A stretch of 64,000 nucleotides of DNA from a bacterium. GTDB taxonomy: Bacteria > UBA8248. Position numbers and translations under genes: made by a program. The stretch spans positions 1,472,001-1,536,000 of the forward strand of contig OZ253442.1 of NCBI GenBank assembly GCA_965261085.1, read 5' to 3'. The notes under the pieces are model-generated. The model had not been told where the DNA came from. It ran no database searches and worked only from the letters and a program-made list of their open reading frames with translations. Below are positions 34,944 to 43,842 of the stretch, in pieces; within the stretch, counting starts at the first letter, position 1; each line of letters begins with the position of its first letter.

Positions 34944-35864
34944 TCAGCGCGGTTTGCGTATTTTCTTGATGAAGGGGATGACCCAATTTCCAATGTCGGG
35001 ATGTGTGAGTGATTCGAACGGGCCCTGGTTTTTTATTCTTTGCAGTTTCACATTCCCGCCTTTTGTCTCGATGGCGTTTAGAAAAGCCTCTGCGCCGCTG
35101 AGCGGATAGGGCCCTCCTTGGCTGTGGAGAAGCAGAACCGGGGCTTTTATCTTGCCCGCCACCCGGATGGGGGAGCGCTCTCGGTAGGCTTTCCCTGTTT
35201 GAGCGGGTAGACCTCCGAGCAGCGCGCTTATTCTGCTCTTCTGTTTTTGGGATAAGAGCGCGTAGGTTTTCTCCAGGTCATAAAACCCGTTTACCAAGAT
35301 TAGGCCCGAAATATTCGCGCTCCGGGCGGCTGAGAGGGCGGCTACCGAAGCCCCTTGTCCGATGCCGTAGACGAAAATGCCGTCTTTATTGACGTTCTCC
35401 CTGTCTCTTAAATAACGGACTGCGCCCAGGGCGGCTTCCACGCTTTTAGGTCCGGCGAAATCCTCTGGCCCGGTCGATGCGCCGAAACCGGGCAGCGAGA
35501 TGCTCATGAGGAAGAAATCATCTTGTACGTGGTTCAGCATGGCGCGTCTGAATCGTTGGGCCCGGGCGTCAGCTCCGTGGAGGAGGAGTATCGCCGGGTA
35601 GCGTTTTTCAGGAGATGACCCTCCGCCGGGGGGTCGGACGGCGTAAGCCTCCACGCGCCCCCAGGCGAATTCCATGAACCATTCCCGAATCACCTCGCCG
35701 CGGGCGGTTTTCGTCTCATGGTCCACGGCGCAGCCGACGAGCAATAATGTGGTCATCAAGAGAAAAAACAAGTCGAGGAAGATATTTTTCGAGATTTTAT
35801 TCAAGATCACGTCGGGTCCTTTTCGTCTTTGCGGATGCTGCCCGCAAAGGTTTTCGTCAATCAA
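34944..35864 (-). CDS. Alpha/beta hydrolase-fold (S9-like) lipoprotein, catalytic triad apparently lost
   Basis: Lipobox LLLVGC, PAILLLHG, PGFGAS.G, RSPI...IKAPVLLLH; nucleophile elbow reads GIGQG. True start is probably downstream of 35864. Confidence 0.75.
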   Translation of the reverse strand: MIDENLCGQHPQRRKGPDVILNKISKNIFLDLFFLLMTTLLLVGCAVDHETKTARGEVIREWFMEFAWGRVEAYAVRPPGGGSSPEKRYPAILLLHGADARAQRFRRAMLNHVQDDFFLMSISLPGFGASTGPEDFAGPKSVEAALGAVRYLRDRENVNKDGIFVYGIGQGASVAALSAARSANISGLILVNGFYDLEKTYALLSQKQKSRISALLGGLPAQTGKAYRERSPIRVAGKIKAPVLLLHSQGGPYPLSGAEAFLNAIETKGGNVKLQRIKNQGPFESLTHPDIGNWVIPFIKKIRKPR

Positions 35865-35942
35865 GAGTGAATGAAAAATATAAAAAATGACATCTTAACA
35901 TACTGATATGATGGCGCTAGACATACCAGCAAGAAAAAAGAG

Positions 35943-35971
35943 TTGTATTTTTCTAATTTACGTATTATATT
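35943..35971 (+). promoter_or_regulatory. Sigma70-type promoter in AT-rich region
   Basis: TTGTAT-17 bp-TATATT. Confidence 0.55.
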
Positions 35972-36030
35972 CGTATTTTGAGGGGACGTAAAAATTCTTC
36001 GTTTAGTAACAAACATTTAACGTACTTTTA

Positions 36031-36077
36031 ACACAAAATATAGTGCGTAAAAATTAAATATGCACTATATATAGATT
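36031..36077. promoter_or_regulatory. Tandem NrdR-type boxes
   Basis: ACACAAAATATAGTGC (36031-36046; 14/16) and GCACTATATATAGATT (36062-36077; 13/16) versus consensus acaCwAtATaTwGtgt; starts are 31 bp apart. Confidence 0.72.
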
Positions 36078-36127
36078 AAGAAAGTAATTCACCCCTTTTG
36101 AAAAGGGGGCAGGAAAGGAGGCCCGTC

Positions 36128-36349
36128 ATGGCGATGAGAACTCAAAGACCCGGACACAAGACGAATGGGACGAGCCGGACTTCGAAGCGCATTCACCAAG
36201 CTTGCATGCGGAATCTCGCCCTCTACCTGCAAGGCCAAATCTCTTATGAGGATTGGCAGACTCGACAAGAGGAACTCGAATCGAGGCTTGCGCCCGCACC
36301 CGAGCTTCCCTTTGGTACGTGTGATCCCAAAACCCCCGAGGCCGCCTGA
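36128..36349 (+). CDS. 73-aa hypothetical protein with SHOCT-like motif
   Basis: Perfect AAAGGAGG SD 6 nt before ATG; LALYLQGQISYEDWQTRQEELE resembles SHOCT (L..G.IS.EE...K..L). Confidence 0.65.
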   Translation: MAMRTQRPGHKTNGTSRTSKRIHQACMRNLALYLQGQISYEDWQTRQEELESRLAPAPELPFGTCDPKTPEAA

Positions 36350-36590
36350 TCCCTCCCTCGTTTGGGCATAACGGCCCAGGCAAGCGCATCGCTTCTCCCT
36401 GATGCGCCTACGCCGCTTTCTCCGCTCGGTCCTGCTATGCAGCGGGGCATCACCCGTAGGCGGCATGAGGGATGGGGAGAATTTGAAATTCATTTTTCTC
36501 CCCTCGTCCATGTGGCAACGAACCAAGGTTGAGATTCCGTCGGACGGATGGCATGGCGCAAACGGTTGAAAATCTTTATTTGTTTATCCC

Positions 36591-36619
36591 TTGCGTTTAT
36601 TGTTGATAACTGGTAGAGT
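36591..36619 (+). promoter_or_regulatory. cspA promoter, followed by a 5' UTR of about 130 nt
   Basis: TTGCGT-17 bp-TAGAGT with TG extension. Confidence 0.55.
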
Positions 36620-36752
36620 CTAATATCTTTTCTCGCAATAGGTGTGGGAAAAAGTATTGTGGGTATGCAGGACGAATGAAGATTCCCTTCCAAGAGATGC
36701 TCCATTCATCGTTACATTCCCCCAGTTCAATCTCTTTTTTTTGAGGAAGTGT

Positions 36753-36956
36753 ATGTCAACAGGAACAGTGAAGTGGTTCAACGATGCAAAAGGGTATGGT
36801 TTCATCACTCCCGAGGATGGTGGTGAGGATCTGTTTGTCCACCACACGGCCATCCAGGCGGAAGGATTCAAATCCTTGAGCGAGGACGATCAGGTGTCGT
36901 TCGAAGTCGCCCAGGGCCCCAAAGGGCTCCAGGCGCAAAACGTCGTCAAGCTCTAG
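36753..36956 (+). CDS. cspA: Cold-shock protein
   Basis: [15 protein letters not shown] (RNP1), LFVHHTAI (RNP2); GAGG SD. Confidence 0.97.
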   Translation: MSTGTVKWFNDAKGYGFITPEDGGEDLFVHHTAIQAEGFKSLSEDDQVSFEVAQGPKGLQAQNVVKL

Positions 36957-36973
36957 CACATCACACGGCGTTT

Positions 36974-37013
36974 AAAAAAGCGGTGGTCGGTTTCCGGCCA
37001 CCGCTTTTTTTTT
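36974..37013 (+). terminator. Intrinsic (bidirectional-type) terminator after cspA
   Basis: AAAAAAGCGGTGGTCGG-TTT-CCGGCCACCGCTTTTTTTTT. Confidence 0.9.
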
Positions 37014-37089
37014 CGCCTCGGGCTTTCCCGTCTTCTCCCTCCCAAGGTAATCTGCGCCTGGTTTTTTTCCCAAAAAGAGGATTTTTTCG

Positions 37090-39129
37090 ATGAAGCGCCC
37101 AGCGCTCGAGATGAGAAGAAACATCGGCATCATCTCCCACATCGACGCCGGCAAGACGACGACCACCGAACGCATGCTGTACTACTCGGGGGCCGTGCAC
37201 CGGATCGGTGAGGTGGACGAAGGTTCGGCCACCATGGACTGGATGAGTCAGGAACGCGAGCGCGGCATCACCATCACCTCCGCGGCCATCACCACCACCT
37301 GGGCGGATCATGAAATCACCATCATCGACACGCCCGGCCACGTAGATTTTACGATCGAGGTGGAAAGAAGTTTGCGCGTACTTGATGGCGCGATAGCGAT
37401 TTTCAGCGCGGTGGAAGGCGTCGAGCCGCAGAGTGAGACAGTCTGGCGCCAGGCGGATAAATTCCGAGTACCGAGGCTCGCCTTCATCAACAAGCTGGAT
37501 CGCCTGGGCGCTGATTTCGAGAGAACCGTCGAGATGATGGTCGAAAAATTAAGGGCCAGGCCCGTGCTGATGCACTGGCCAGATGGGGAGGGTGAGGGGT
37601 ATACGGGCCAGGTGGAGGTGCTGAGCGGGGATTTTCTCACCTGGGAGAGTGGAGAACCCCACCGGAGCGAACCCGCCGGAGCGCTCAAGGAAAAAGCGGC
37701 GGAGTTGAAAGAAGCTCTCATCGAAGCGGTGGCGGATCATGACGAGTCCGTGATGGAGGAGTATCTGGAAGGAAGCGCCATTGACACCGAAGCGCTCAAG
37801 GAGGGGTTGAGGCGCGCCGTGCTCGCGGGCGAACTCGTGCCCGTTTTTTGCGGCTCGTCCTTGAAGAATAAAGGGATGGAACCCCTACTGGACGCCGTGG
37901 TGGATTATCTGCCGTCTCCGGTGGATGCGCCGTCCGCGAGCGGTTTCCCTCCCGGAGAGGAAAACCCCATCACCCGTCCGCCCACAGAGGATGCACCTTT
38001 CTCCGCCCTGGTCTTCAAGGTGCAAATCGATGAGGGTAGGCGGCTCACCTACCTGCGGGTCTATAGCGGCGCGGCCAGGGTGGGGGACAGTCTCTGGAAC
38101 CCCGCAAGGGGAGACAGCGAGCGTTTTGCCCGGCTGTTCAGGATGTATTCTCACAAGCGTGAGCGTCTCGACGCCGTGGGGCCGGGGGATATCGTCGCGG
38201 CGGCCGGGATGAAGGAAGCCGTGACGGGCGATACGCTTTGCGACCGGCAAGAGCCGATAGCTTTCGAGTCGATTCTCGCGCCCCAGCCCGTTATCTCGGT
38301 GGCGATTGAGCCCAGAGACGCCACAGGGACCAAAAAACTGGGCGAGACCCTGGCGAAACTCCAGGTGGAAGACCCCACATTTCAGGTGCGGGTGGATTCC
38401 GAATCCGGCCAGACGGTGATGAGCGGCATGGGTGAACTGCATCTTGATGTGCTCACGCGCCGGATAGATGAGGATTTCGGCGTGAACGTCCGGGTAGGTA
38501 CGCCTCGTGTGGTCTACCGGGAAACGCTCGCGAGAGAAGCCGACGCGGAGTTCACCTTCGACAGGGAGTTTGCGGGTGAACCTCAATTCGCACGGGTGCG
38601 CGTGGGCGTGGCTCCCCTGCCCGGCGTAGGCGTATCGTGTGAGAGCGCGATAAATAACCCCGCTATACCTGAGAATTTAATCGCCGCCGCGCTTGGGTCA
38701 CTCAAAGCGTCTACCTCGAGCGGCGCCATGGCGGGCTATGAGATGACCGATGTGGGTATTACCTTGCTTGAGGCGTACTACGACGCCGAGCGCGCCACGG
38801 AGGCCGCCTTTTCCATCGCGGCGGCGAACGCCTTCACGGAAGCCTGCCGCAAGGCGGGCGGGCAGCTTCTGGAACCCATCATGTCGGTGGAGGTCGTGGC
38901 GCCCAGTGAATTTCTGGGCGGGGTCATCGGCGATATCAACGCGCGTGACGGAAAGGTGTCCGGCGTGGAAGAGCGTGGCGGCGCGTTGCCGATGAGCGTC
39001 GTCCGGGCCTCGGTGCCCCTCGCCAAGGTGTTCGGTTACGCCACCGCCCTTCGTTCCGCCACCCAGGGCCGCGCCACCTACACCATGCGTTTTTCGCACT
39101 ACGCCCCCTGCGAGATAGCGGGGGTGTAG
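37090..39129 (+). CDS. fusA: Elongation factor G, stand-alone paralog
   Basis: HIDAGKTT, RGITI, DTPGH, NKLD, GMGELHL, LLEPIM; no rpsL/rpsG/tuf nearby. Confidence 0.92.
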   Translation: MKRPALEMRRNIGIISHIDAGKTTTTERMLYYSGAVHRIGEVDEGSATMDWMSQERERGITITSAAITTTWADHEITIIDTPGHVDFTIEVERSLRVLDGAIAIFSAVEGVEPQSETVWRQADKFRVPRLAFINKLDRLGADFERTVEMMVEKLRARPVLMHWPDGEGEGYTGQVEVLSGDFLTWESGEPHRSEPAGALKEKAAELKEALIEAVADHDESVMEEYLEGSAIDTEALKEGLRRAVLAGELVPVFCGSSLKNKGMEPLLDAVVDYLPSPVDAPSASGFPPGEENPITRPPTEDAPFSALVFKVQIDEGRRLTYLRVYSGAARVGDSLWNPARGDSERFARLFRMYSHKRERLDAVGPGDIVAAAGMKEAVTGDTLCDRQEPIAFESILAPQPVISVAIEPRDATGTKKLGETLAKLQVEDPTFQVRVDSESGQTVMSGMGELHLDVLTRRIDEDFGVNVRVGTPRVVYRETLAREADAEFTFDREFAGEPQFARVRVGVAPLPGVGVSCESAINNPAIPENLIAAALGSLKASTSSGAMAGYEMTDVGITLLEAYYDAERATEAAFSIAAANAFTEACRKAGGQLLEPIMSVEVVAPSEFLGGVIGDINARDGKVSGVEERGGALPMSVVRASVPLAKVFGYATALRSATQGRATYTMRFSHYAPCEIAGV

Positions 39130-39342
39130 ATTTTTTTCGCGGCGAAAATTTTCTGTATCAGTCCGAATTTCAGGCCCGGTTCCCATCCGGCCTCCTGCCA
39201 TCGCGAGGCGTACGATACGGCCAACCCGAAATTCTACACGTTCGTTTTGGGCGGCTCTTTGCGGCCTTGCACAAGAGATTTTAGGAGATGTATCTGCTAC
39301 CTTCGCCGTTTTAAGTTTTGTCGATGGGAAGGCGTATCCTGA

Positions 39343-40224
39343 ATGACCACCACCACCCTCTCGGTTCTCTTCTCACTGTCAACCGCCGTCGTGGTCGGCT
39401 CCTTCACCCTCTTCGTGAGAAGTGGGCAGCGGCACGCGAATGCGGTATCGGGCGTTCTCATCGGGATTATCGTGTCTTTCCCACCACTACTCGTGGTAGC
39501 GATATGGACCTGGGAGCCCACCCACTACCAGCCCTTGGCCTGGTTTTTTTTCGCGCTGGCCGGAGTGATGGGCCCCGCCGTGGGAAGGGTGTGTTTCTTT
39601 CATTCCATTCATCTGATAGGCGTGGCGCGCGCGGTGCCGCTCAATTCCACCATGCCGCTTTTCTCGGCGATAATCGGCATCCTCATTCTGGGCGAAAGAC
39701 CGGGAGTGTACACCCTGGCCGGCACGGTGTTCATCGTTTTAGGGTGCGTGGGAATTACCTCGAAAAGGGGAGAGCCCCGGTCCATCCGGAAAGAATACCT
39801 CCTCGTCGCCCTCGGCAGCGTGGTTTTTTTCTCCATCTCGCACATGCTGCGCAAGCTGGGCGTCGGCCCGGCGCCCAACCCGTTTGTGGGTATATCGATC
39901 ATGAGCGTCTCGGGCGGGATATCCCTGTATGTTTTCGGGCAATATCTGCCCCCGGGCTTGCGGCCCTCCTTGGTCGTGAAAAAAGCCTGGGTGACGTACA
40001 GCATCGGCGGCTCGCTGAACGCCCTCTCGGTTCTTCTGCATCTTTATGGCCTGCGCTATGGCGACCTCACCATCGTCATTCCGCTCTCCGCCACCGCGCC
40101 CCTGTGGGCGCTGCTGCTCACGGCCATATTTTTGCGGAAAATAGAGCGAATCACCTGGCCGATTCTCCTGGGCACGCTGGCGGTGGTGGTAGGCGGGGCC
40201 CTGGTGGCCGGCCGCGCGCTCTGA
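39343..40224 (+). CDS. DMT/EamA family transporter
   Basis: About 10 TM segments; GVARAVPL...PLF, LGERP, PLSATAPLW. Confidence 0.88.
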   Translation: MTTTTLSVLFSLSTAVVVGSFTLFVRSGQRHANAVSGVLIGIIVSFPPLLVVAIWTWEPTHYQPLAWFFFALAGVMGPAVGRVCFFHSIHLIGVARAVPLNSTMPLFSAIIGILILGERPGVYTLAGTVFIVLGCVGITSKRGEPRSIRKEYLLVALGSVVFFSISHMLRKLGVGPAPNPFVGISIMSVSGGISLYVFGQYLPPGLRPSLVVKKAWVTYSIGGSLNALSVLLHLYGLRYGDLTIVIPLSATAPLWALLLTAIFLRKIERITWPILLGTLAVVVGGALVAGRAL

Positions 40225-40358
40225 CGAAGCGGGGTCCGATCTGTTCTGCTATAGTGGAGCCGGTTTCAGTTTTTTTCCGCTACGTCGCCAATCTATCATT
40301 TCCCATGGCAGGCAAAGAAGATGCATCCCTGCGAGGATTATTTCGGGGAGGAGTGGAT

Positions 40359-40712
40359 ATGAAATTCATTGGCAGGTTTTTTTGTGTTTTTGTGCTGATT
40401 GCCCTTTTTCAGGCGGTTCCCGTCCAGAGCGCGGAGATGAGCGGCATCACCCTCCATATCGCAGGAGGGAGGCTCAAAGGGGATAAAAATGTAGTTCGCC
40501 TAAAACAAGGCGACAAGGTGAAGCTCAATCTGATGGCCGATCAAACCACCGAAATCCATCTCCACGGCTATGATATCGAAAAAACCGTTTCGCCGGGCCG
40601 GGCGGTCGTAATGGAGTTTCAGGCCAGGGTTGCGGGTCGGTTTCCCGTAACGGTGCACGGATCTCACTCCCACGGGCGCAAAAAAAGAAAAAGCGGTGGC
40701 CATGGCGAGTAG
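40359..40712 (+). CDS. Secreted cupredoxin-like His-rich protein; likely C-terminus continues past TAG to 40742
   Basis: GGAGGAG SD, signal peptide, QGDKV.L...D...EIHLHGYD...AGRFP..H; in-frame VLFYLEVHP* follows the TAG. Confidence 0.75.
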   Translation: MKFIGRFFCVFVLIALFQAVPVQSAEMSGITLHIAGGRLKGDKNVVRLKQGDKVKLNLMADQTTEIHLHGYDIEKTVSPGRAVVMEFQARVAGRFPVTVHGSHSHGRKKRKSGGHGE

Positions 40713-40755
40713 GTGTTGTTCTACCTGGAGGTGCATCCATGACGGGGGTGATTCC

Positions 40756-42207
40756 ATGAACTTTTACATCCGATGGCTTGCGCTCGCTGCCGCGGTCGCT
40801 TTTCTCCCGTCCCCCGTATCGGCCCATGGGTTCGGCCAAAGGTATGATTTGCCGGTGCCCCTGGGCCTGTTCATGATCGGCGCGGGCGCATCCGTGGTCC
40901 TTTCGTTTCTGGGCATGGGGCTTTTCGTGCGCGACAAACGAGAGGATGGGGATTATCCGGGCTACAACCTGCTCGATTCCCCTGTTTTCGGGTGGATGGG
41001 CGGTGCGGTTTTCCTGTCTCTCGTAAGAGTGCTTTCCGTCGTTTTGTTTTGCGTGACGCTGGTGGCGGGTTTTTGGGGAACCGATGAGCCGGAAAAAAAC
41101 ATCGCGCCCACCATGATCTGGATCATCTGGTGGGTGGGGCTGGCCTATGTGTGCGCGCTGATGGGGAATCTGTGGTCGCTGGTGAATCCTTGGGAGGTCA
41201 TCTTTTCCTGGGCGGAGGCGCTCTACCGGAAAATGAGACCGGGCGATTCCTTATCGCTCGAGCAACCATACTCCGAGCGTCTGGGCGTGTGGCCGGCTTT
41301 GTGTCTGTTCTTGTGGTTCGCCTGGGCGGAGATCGTCTGGCCATACAATGACATTCCACACAATCTCTCGACCGCCGCCCTCGGGTATTCCATCATCACC
41401 TGGGCCGGCATGCTCGTGCATGGGAAAAAGGCGTGGCTCGAGCGGGGGGAGCCGTTTTCCATCATATTCGGCGTGATGGGCCGTTTTGCCGTCACCGAGG
41501 GACGCGCGAGTGGAGAGGGGACTAGAGAGTGGCGGCTGAGGCCGCCTGCCGCGGGCCTTCTGAAAACGGACGATATGAGCGGCTCCATGGTGGTTATGGT
41601 GGTGTTGATGTTGGCGACGGTGAGTTTTGACGGTTTTACGGAAACGCCGCTTTGGCACGTGCTCCGGGCGGGAATATACAACCAGATCGTCTGGGTGGGG
41701 CGCGATGCTCTGCTCGTGGCGGATACCATCGCGCTCATCGCGGTTCCGGGGCTGTTCCTGGGCGTGTATTACCTGTTCTGCACCCTGATGCGCGCCATGA
41801 GCGGGAGTGCGCTCTCCACGCAGGAATTCGCGCGCTTGTTCGTGCTTTCTTTGGTGCCCATCGCGATTGGCTACCACATAGCGCATTATTTCTCCTTTCT
41901 CTTCATTCAGGGACAACGCATCATCCCGCTCCTGTCCGACCCGCTCGGGATGGGCTGGAATCTGTGGGGGACCGCCGCCTATAAGGTCGATATCGGGGTC
42001 ATCGGCGCGAAGACGACCTGGTATGCTTCCATCGCAGCGATCGTCATCGGCCATATATGCGCCGTTTATCTCGCGCATGTGACGGCGCTGCGCGCGCTCG
42101 AGAACCGCTTCGCCGCTGTGCGCAGCCAATACCCGATGCTCGTTCTCATGGTGGGTTACACCATGGTGAGCTTGTGGATCATCGCGCAGCCGATAACCGG
42201 GGGCTGA
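40756..42207 (+). CDS. Polytopic membrane protein (family often labelled 'fenitrothion hydrolase')
   Basis: Signal ending SA-HGFGQRYDLPVP, GNLW..VNPW, TVSFDGF.ET, SLVPIAIGYHIAHY, SDPLG.GWNL, GH..AV..AH, SQYPM..LMVGYT. Confidence 0.75.
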   Translation: MNFYIRWLALAAAVAFLPSPVSAHGFGQRYDLPVPLGLFMIGAGASVVLSFLGMGLFVRDKREDGDYPGYNLLDSPVFGWMGGAVFLSLVRVLSVVLFCVTLVAGFWGTDEPEKNIAPTMIWIIWWVGLAYVCALMGNLWSLVNPWEVIFSWAEALYRKMRPGDSLSLEQPYSERLGVWPALCLFLWFAWAEIVWPYNDIPHNLSTAALGYSIITWAGMLVHGKKAWLERGEPFSIIFGVMGRFAVTEGRASGEGTREWRLRPPAAGLLKTDDMSGSMVVMVVLMLATVSFDGFTETPLWHVLRAGIYNQIVWVGRDALLVADTIALIAVPGLFLGVYYLFCTLMRAMSGSALSTQEFARLFVLSLVPIAIGYHIAHYFSFLFIQGQRIIPLLSDPLGMGWNLWGTAAYKVDIGVIGAKTTWYASIAAIVIGHICAVYLAHVTALRALENRFAAVRSQYPMLVLMVGYTMVSLWIIAQPITGG

Positions 42208-42360
42208 TGGCTTGCGGGTTCCATTGCCCGAAGCCGCTTCATCGTCCCCGAAGATGAGTCTCATCCTGCGTCTTCAAATGCCCGTCTCGACATGGCTTTG
42301 GCCCCGCTCCTCTGATAAGACATCCATCTTGCGCTGTTTTTAGTTTCGTAGATTTTTTTC

Positions 42361-43266
42361 GTGTTTCAGGCTGGGAGAAGCGCCATAACTAATGCGCTGC
42401 TGGCGGCGGGATATGCCCTGGGCACCGCGTCGATGTCCTCGGCCTTTAGCCTCATCGCCAGGCGGGGGCAGCGGCACGGCACTGCCATGACGGGCGTCGT
42501 CATTGGTTTGGTAGTCAACGTTCCCTGGCTGGTGGCGCTCACGATTCTCACCTGGGAACCCGCCTATTGGAGTATGGAGGCCTGGTTCTGGTTCTTCTTG
42601 TCTGGCATCACGGGGCCGTCGCTTGGGCGCGTGTTCATGTTCCATGCCATACATCGCCTGGGCGTTTCGCGTGCGGTTCCTCTGCTGGCGGCCAATCCGC
42701 TCTTTTCGGCTGCTTTCGCCTATGTATTTTTGGGGGAGCGGCCGGGAGTTTACGTCTGGGCGGGAATTTTCCTGGTCGTTTTCGGCTGCGCCGGAATCAC
42801 CTACCAGCGCAAGAGCGACGCTCCCTGGAACAGGCGCGACATCTGGTTGCCCCTGATGGCCGTGTTGGGGTTTTCCACGTCGAACATTTTCAGAAAAATT
42901 GGCATTGACCTCGTTCCCTCCGCGCTGCTCGGTATCACGCTCACCAGCGTTTTCGGTCTCCTGGCGCTGATCGCGCTCGTGTGGTTTCTGCCCAAGGCCC
43001 AGCACCCATCTCTCAAATGGGGAAAGGCCTGGCATTTTTACGGTCCCTGCGGGCTCATCAACACCCTGGCGTTTTTAAGTCATTTCGCCGCCTTGAAGTA
43101 CGGGTCCGTTTCGGTCGTATCGCCGCTTTCATCCACGGCGCCGTTCTTTGCGCTCTTGTTCACGTGGATATTCTTGCGCGACCTGGAGCGCATCACGCTG
43201 CCCATCTTGCTGGGGACAGTATGCGTCGTAGCGGGAGGGGTGCTCATCGCTCTGAAAGCGATGTAG
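42361..43266 (+). CDS. DMT/EamA family transporter (paralog of 39343-40224)
   Basis: Shared RRGQRH, WEP, GP.LGRV, GVSRAVPL, GERPGVY, ERIT.PILLGT motifs. Confidence 0.88.
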   Translation: MFQAGRSAITNALLAAGYALGTASMSSAFSLIARRGQRHGTAMTGVVIGLVVNVPWLVALTILTWEPAYWSMEAWFWFFLSGITGPSLGRVFMFHAIHRLGVSRAVPLLAANPLFSAAFAYVFLGERPGVYVWAGIFLVVFGCAGITYQRKSDAPWNRRDIWLPLMAVLGFSTSNIFRKIGIDLVPSALLGITLTSVFGLLALIALVWFLPKAQHPSLKWGKAWHFYGPCGLINTLAFLSHFAALKYGSVSVVSPLSSTAPFFALLFTWIFLRDLERITLPILLGTVCVVAGGVLIALKAM

Positions 43267-43296
43267 CGCACAACCTTCGCGGTCCTCTCGTGCGGC

Positions 43297-43842
43297 TCAA
43301 CCCGTGAGAAGCGCCCTTATCGTGGGAGCAATCTCCTTCGCGCGTCCGCTGAGTTGCTCATCCGTGAGGCTGCCTACGGGATGGGGGATATAAGCCACCG
43401 GGTAGTCCGGCATGCCGCGCACCTTGGAGACCATTTCGACCGTGGGCCGGAAGGGCTCGGTGCAGATGACGGCCGTGGGGACGCCTTTTTTCTCCAACTC
43501 GATTCCATCGTGCACACTGCACGAAGAGCAGGAGCCTCAGTCGCCCACCGCGGTAATGGCGAGGTCGCATTTCTGGGCCATCTCCGCATACACTTCCGGC
43601 TTCGCCGGTCGGGTGTCGTATTCTTTGGACAATTCAACGGCGAGGTCCGGGTCCGCGCCGTCCTCCTTCAATTCGTCCAATATGTAGCGCATGAGCTTGT
43701 CTGCGCCCACCTTGGAGTTCCAGAGCAAACCGATGCGCTTGCCCGCGAGCACGCCGTCACGGTTTGTACGGTCTTCGGTTTCGATTTCAGGCTCCACGGT
43801 AGGATCGTAAATCGGTATTGCGGTTTCTACGATGGGGTTCAT
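43297..43842 (-). CDS. UGSC-family selenoprotein (Sec at TGA 43537-43539)
   Basis: Two in-frame ORFs joined by GAC-TGA-GGC-TCC-TGC-TCT-TCG-TGC give AVGD-U-GSCSSCSVHD..ELEKKGVPT..HP. Confidence 0.88.
43508..43524 (-). promoter_or_regulatory. Putative bacterial SECIS hairpin
   Basis: UCGUGCA-GUG-UGCACGA begins 12 nt 3' of the UGA, with G in the apical loop. Confidence 0.65.

Noticed and set aside
35865-36100. Replication origin in the AT-rich tract
   Set aside because: No TTATCCACA DnaA-box cluster and no dnaA/dnaN/gidA context. Promoter plus NrdR-type boxes explain it better.
39318-40712. 464-aa ORF in the track
   Set aside because: The first 347 codons overlap the EamA gene out of frame. 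Only the part from ATG 40359 (own SD, signal peptide) is credible.
40710-40712. Genome-wide TAG reassignment or pyrrolysine
   Set aside because: TAG terminates folE2, clpP, rpmI, rplT and cspA at expected positions, and no pyl genes are in the window.
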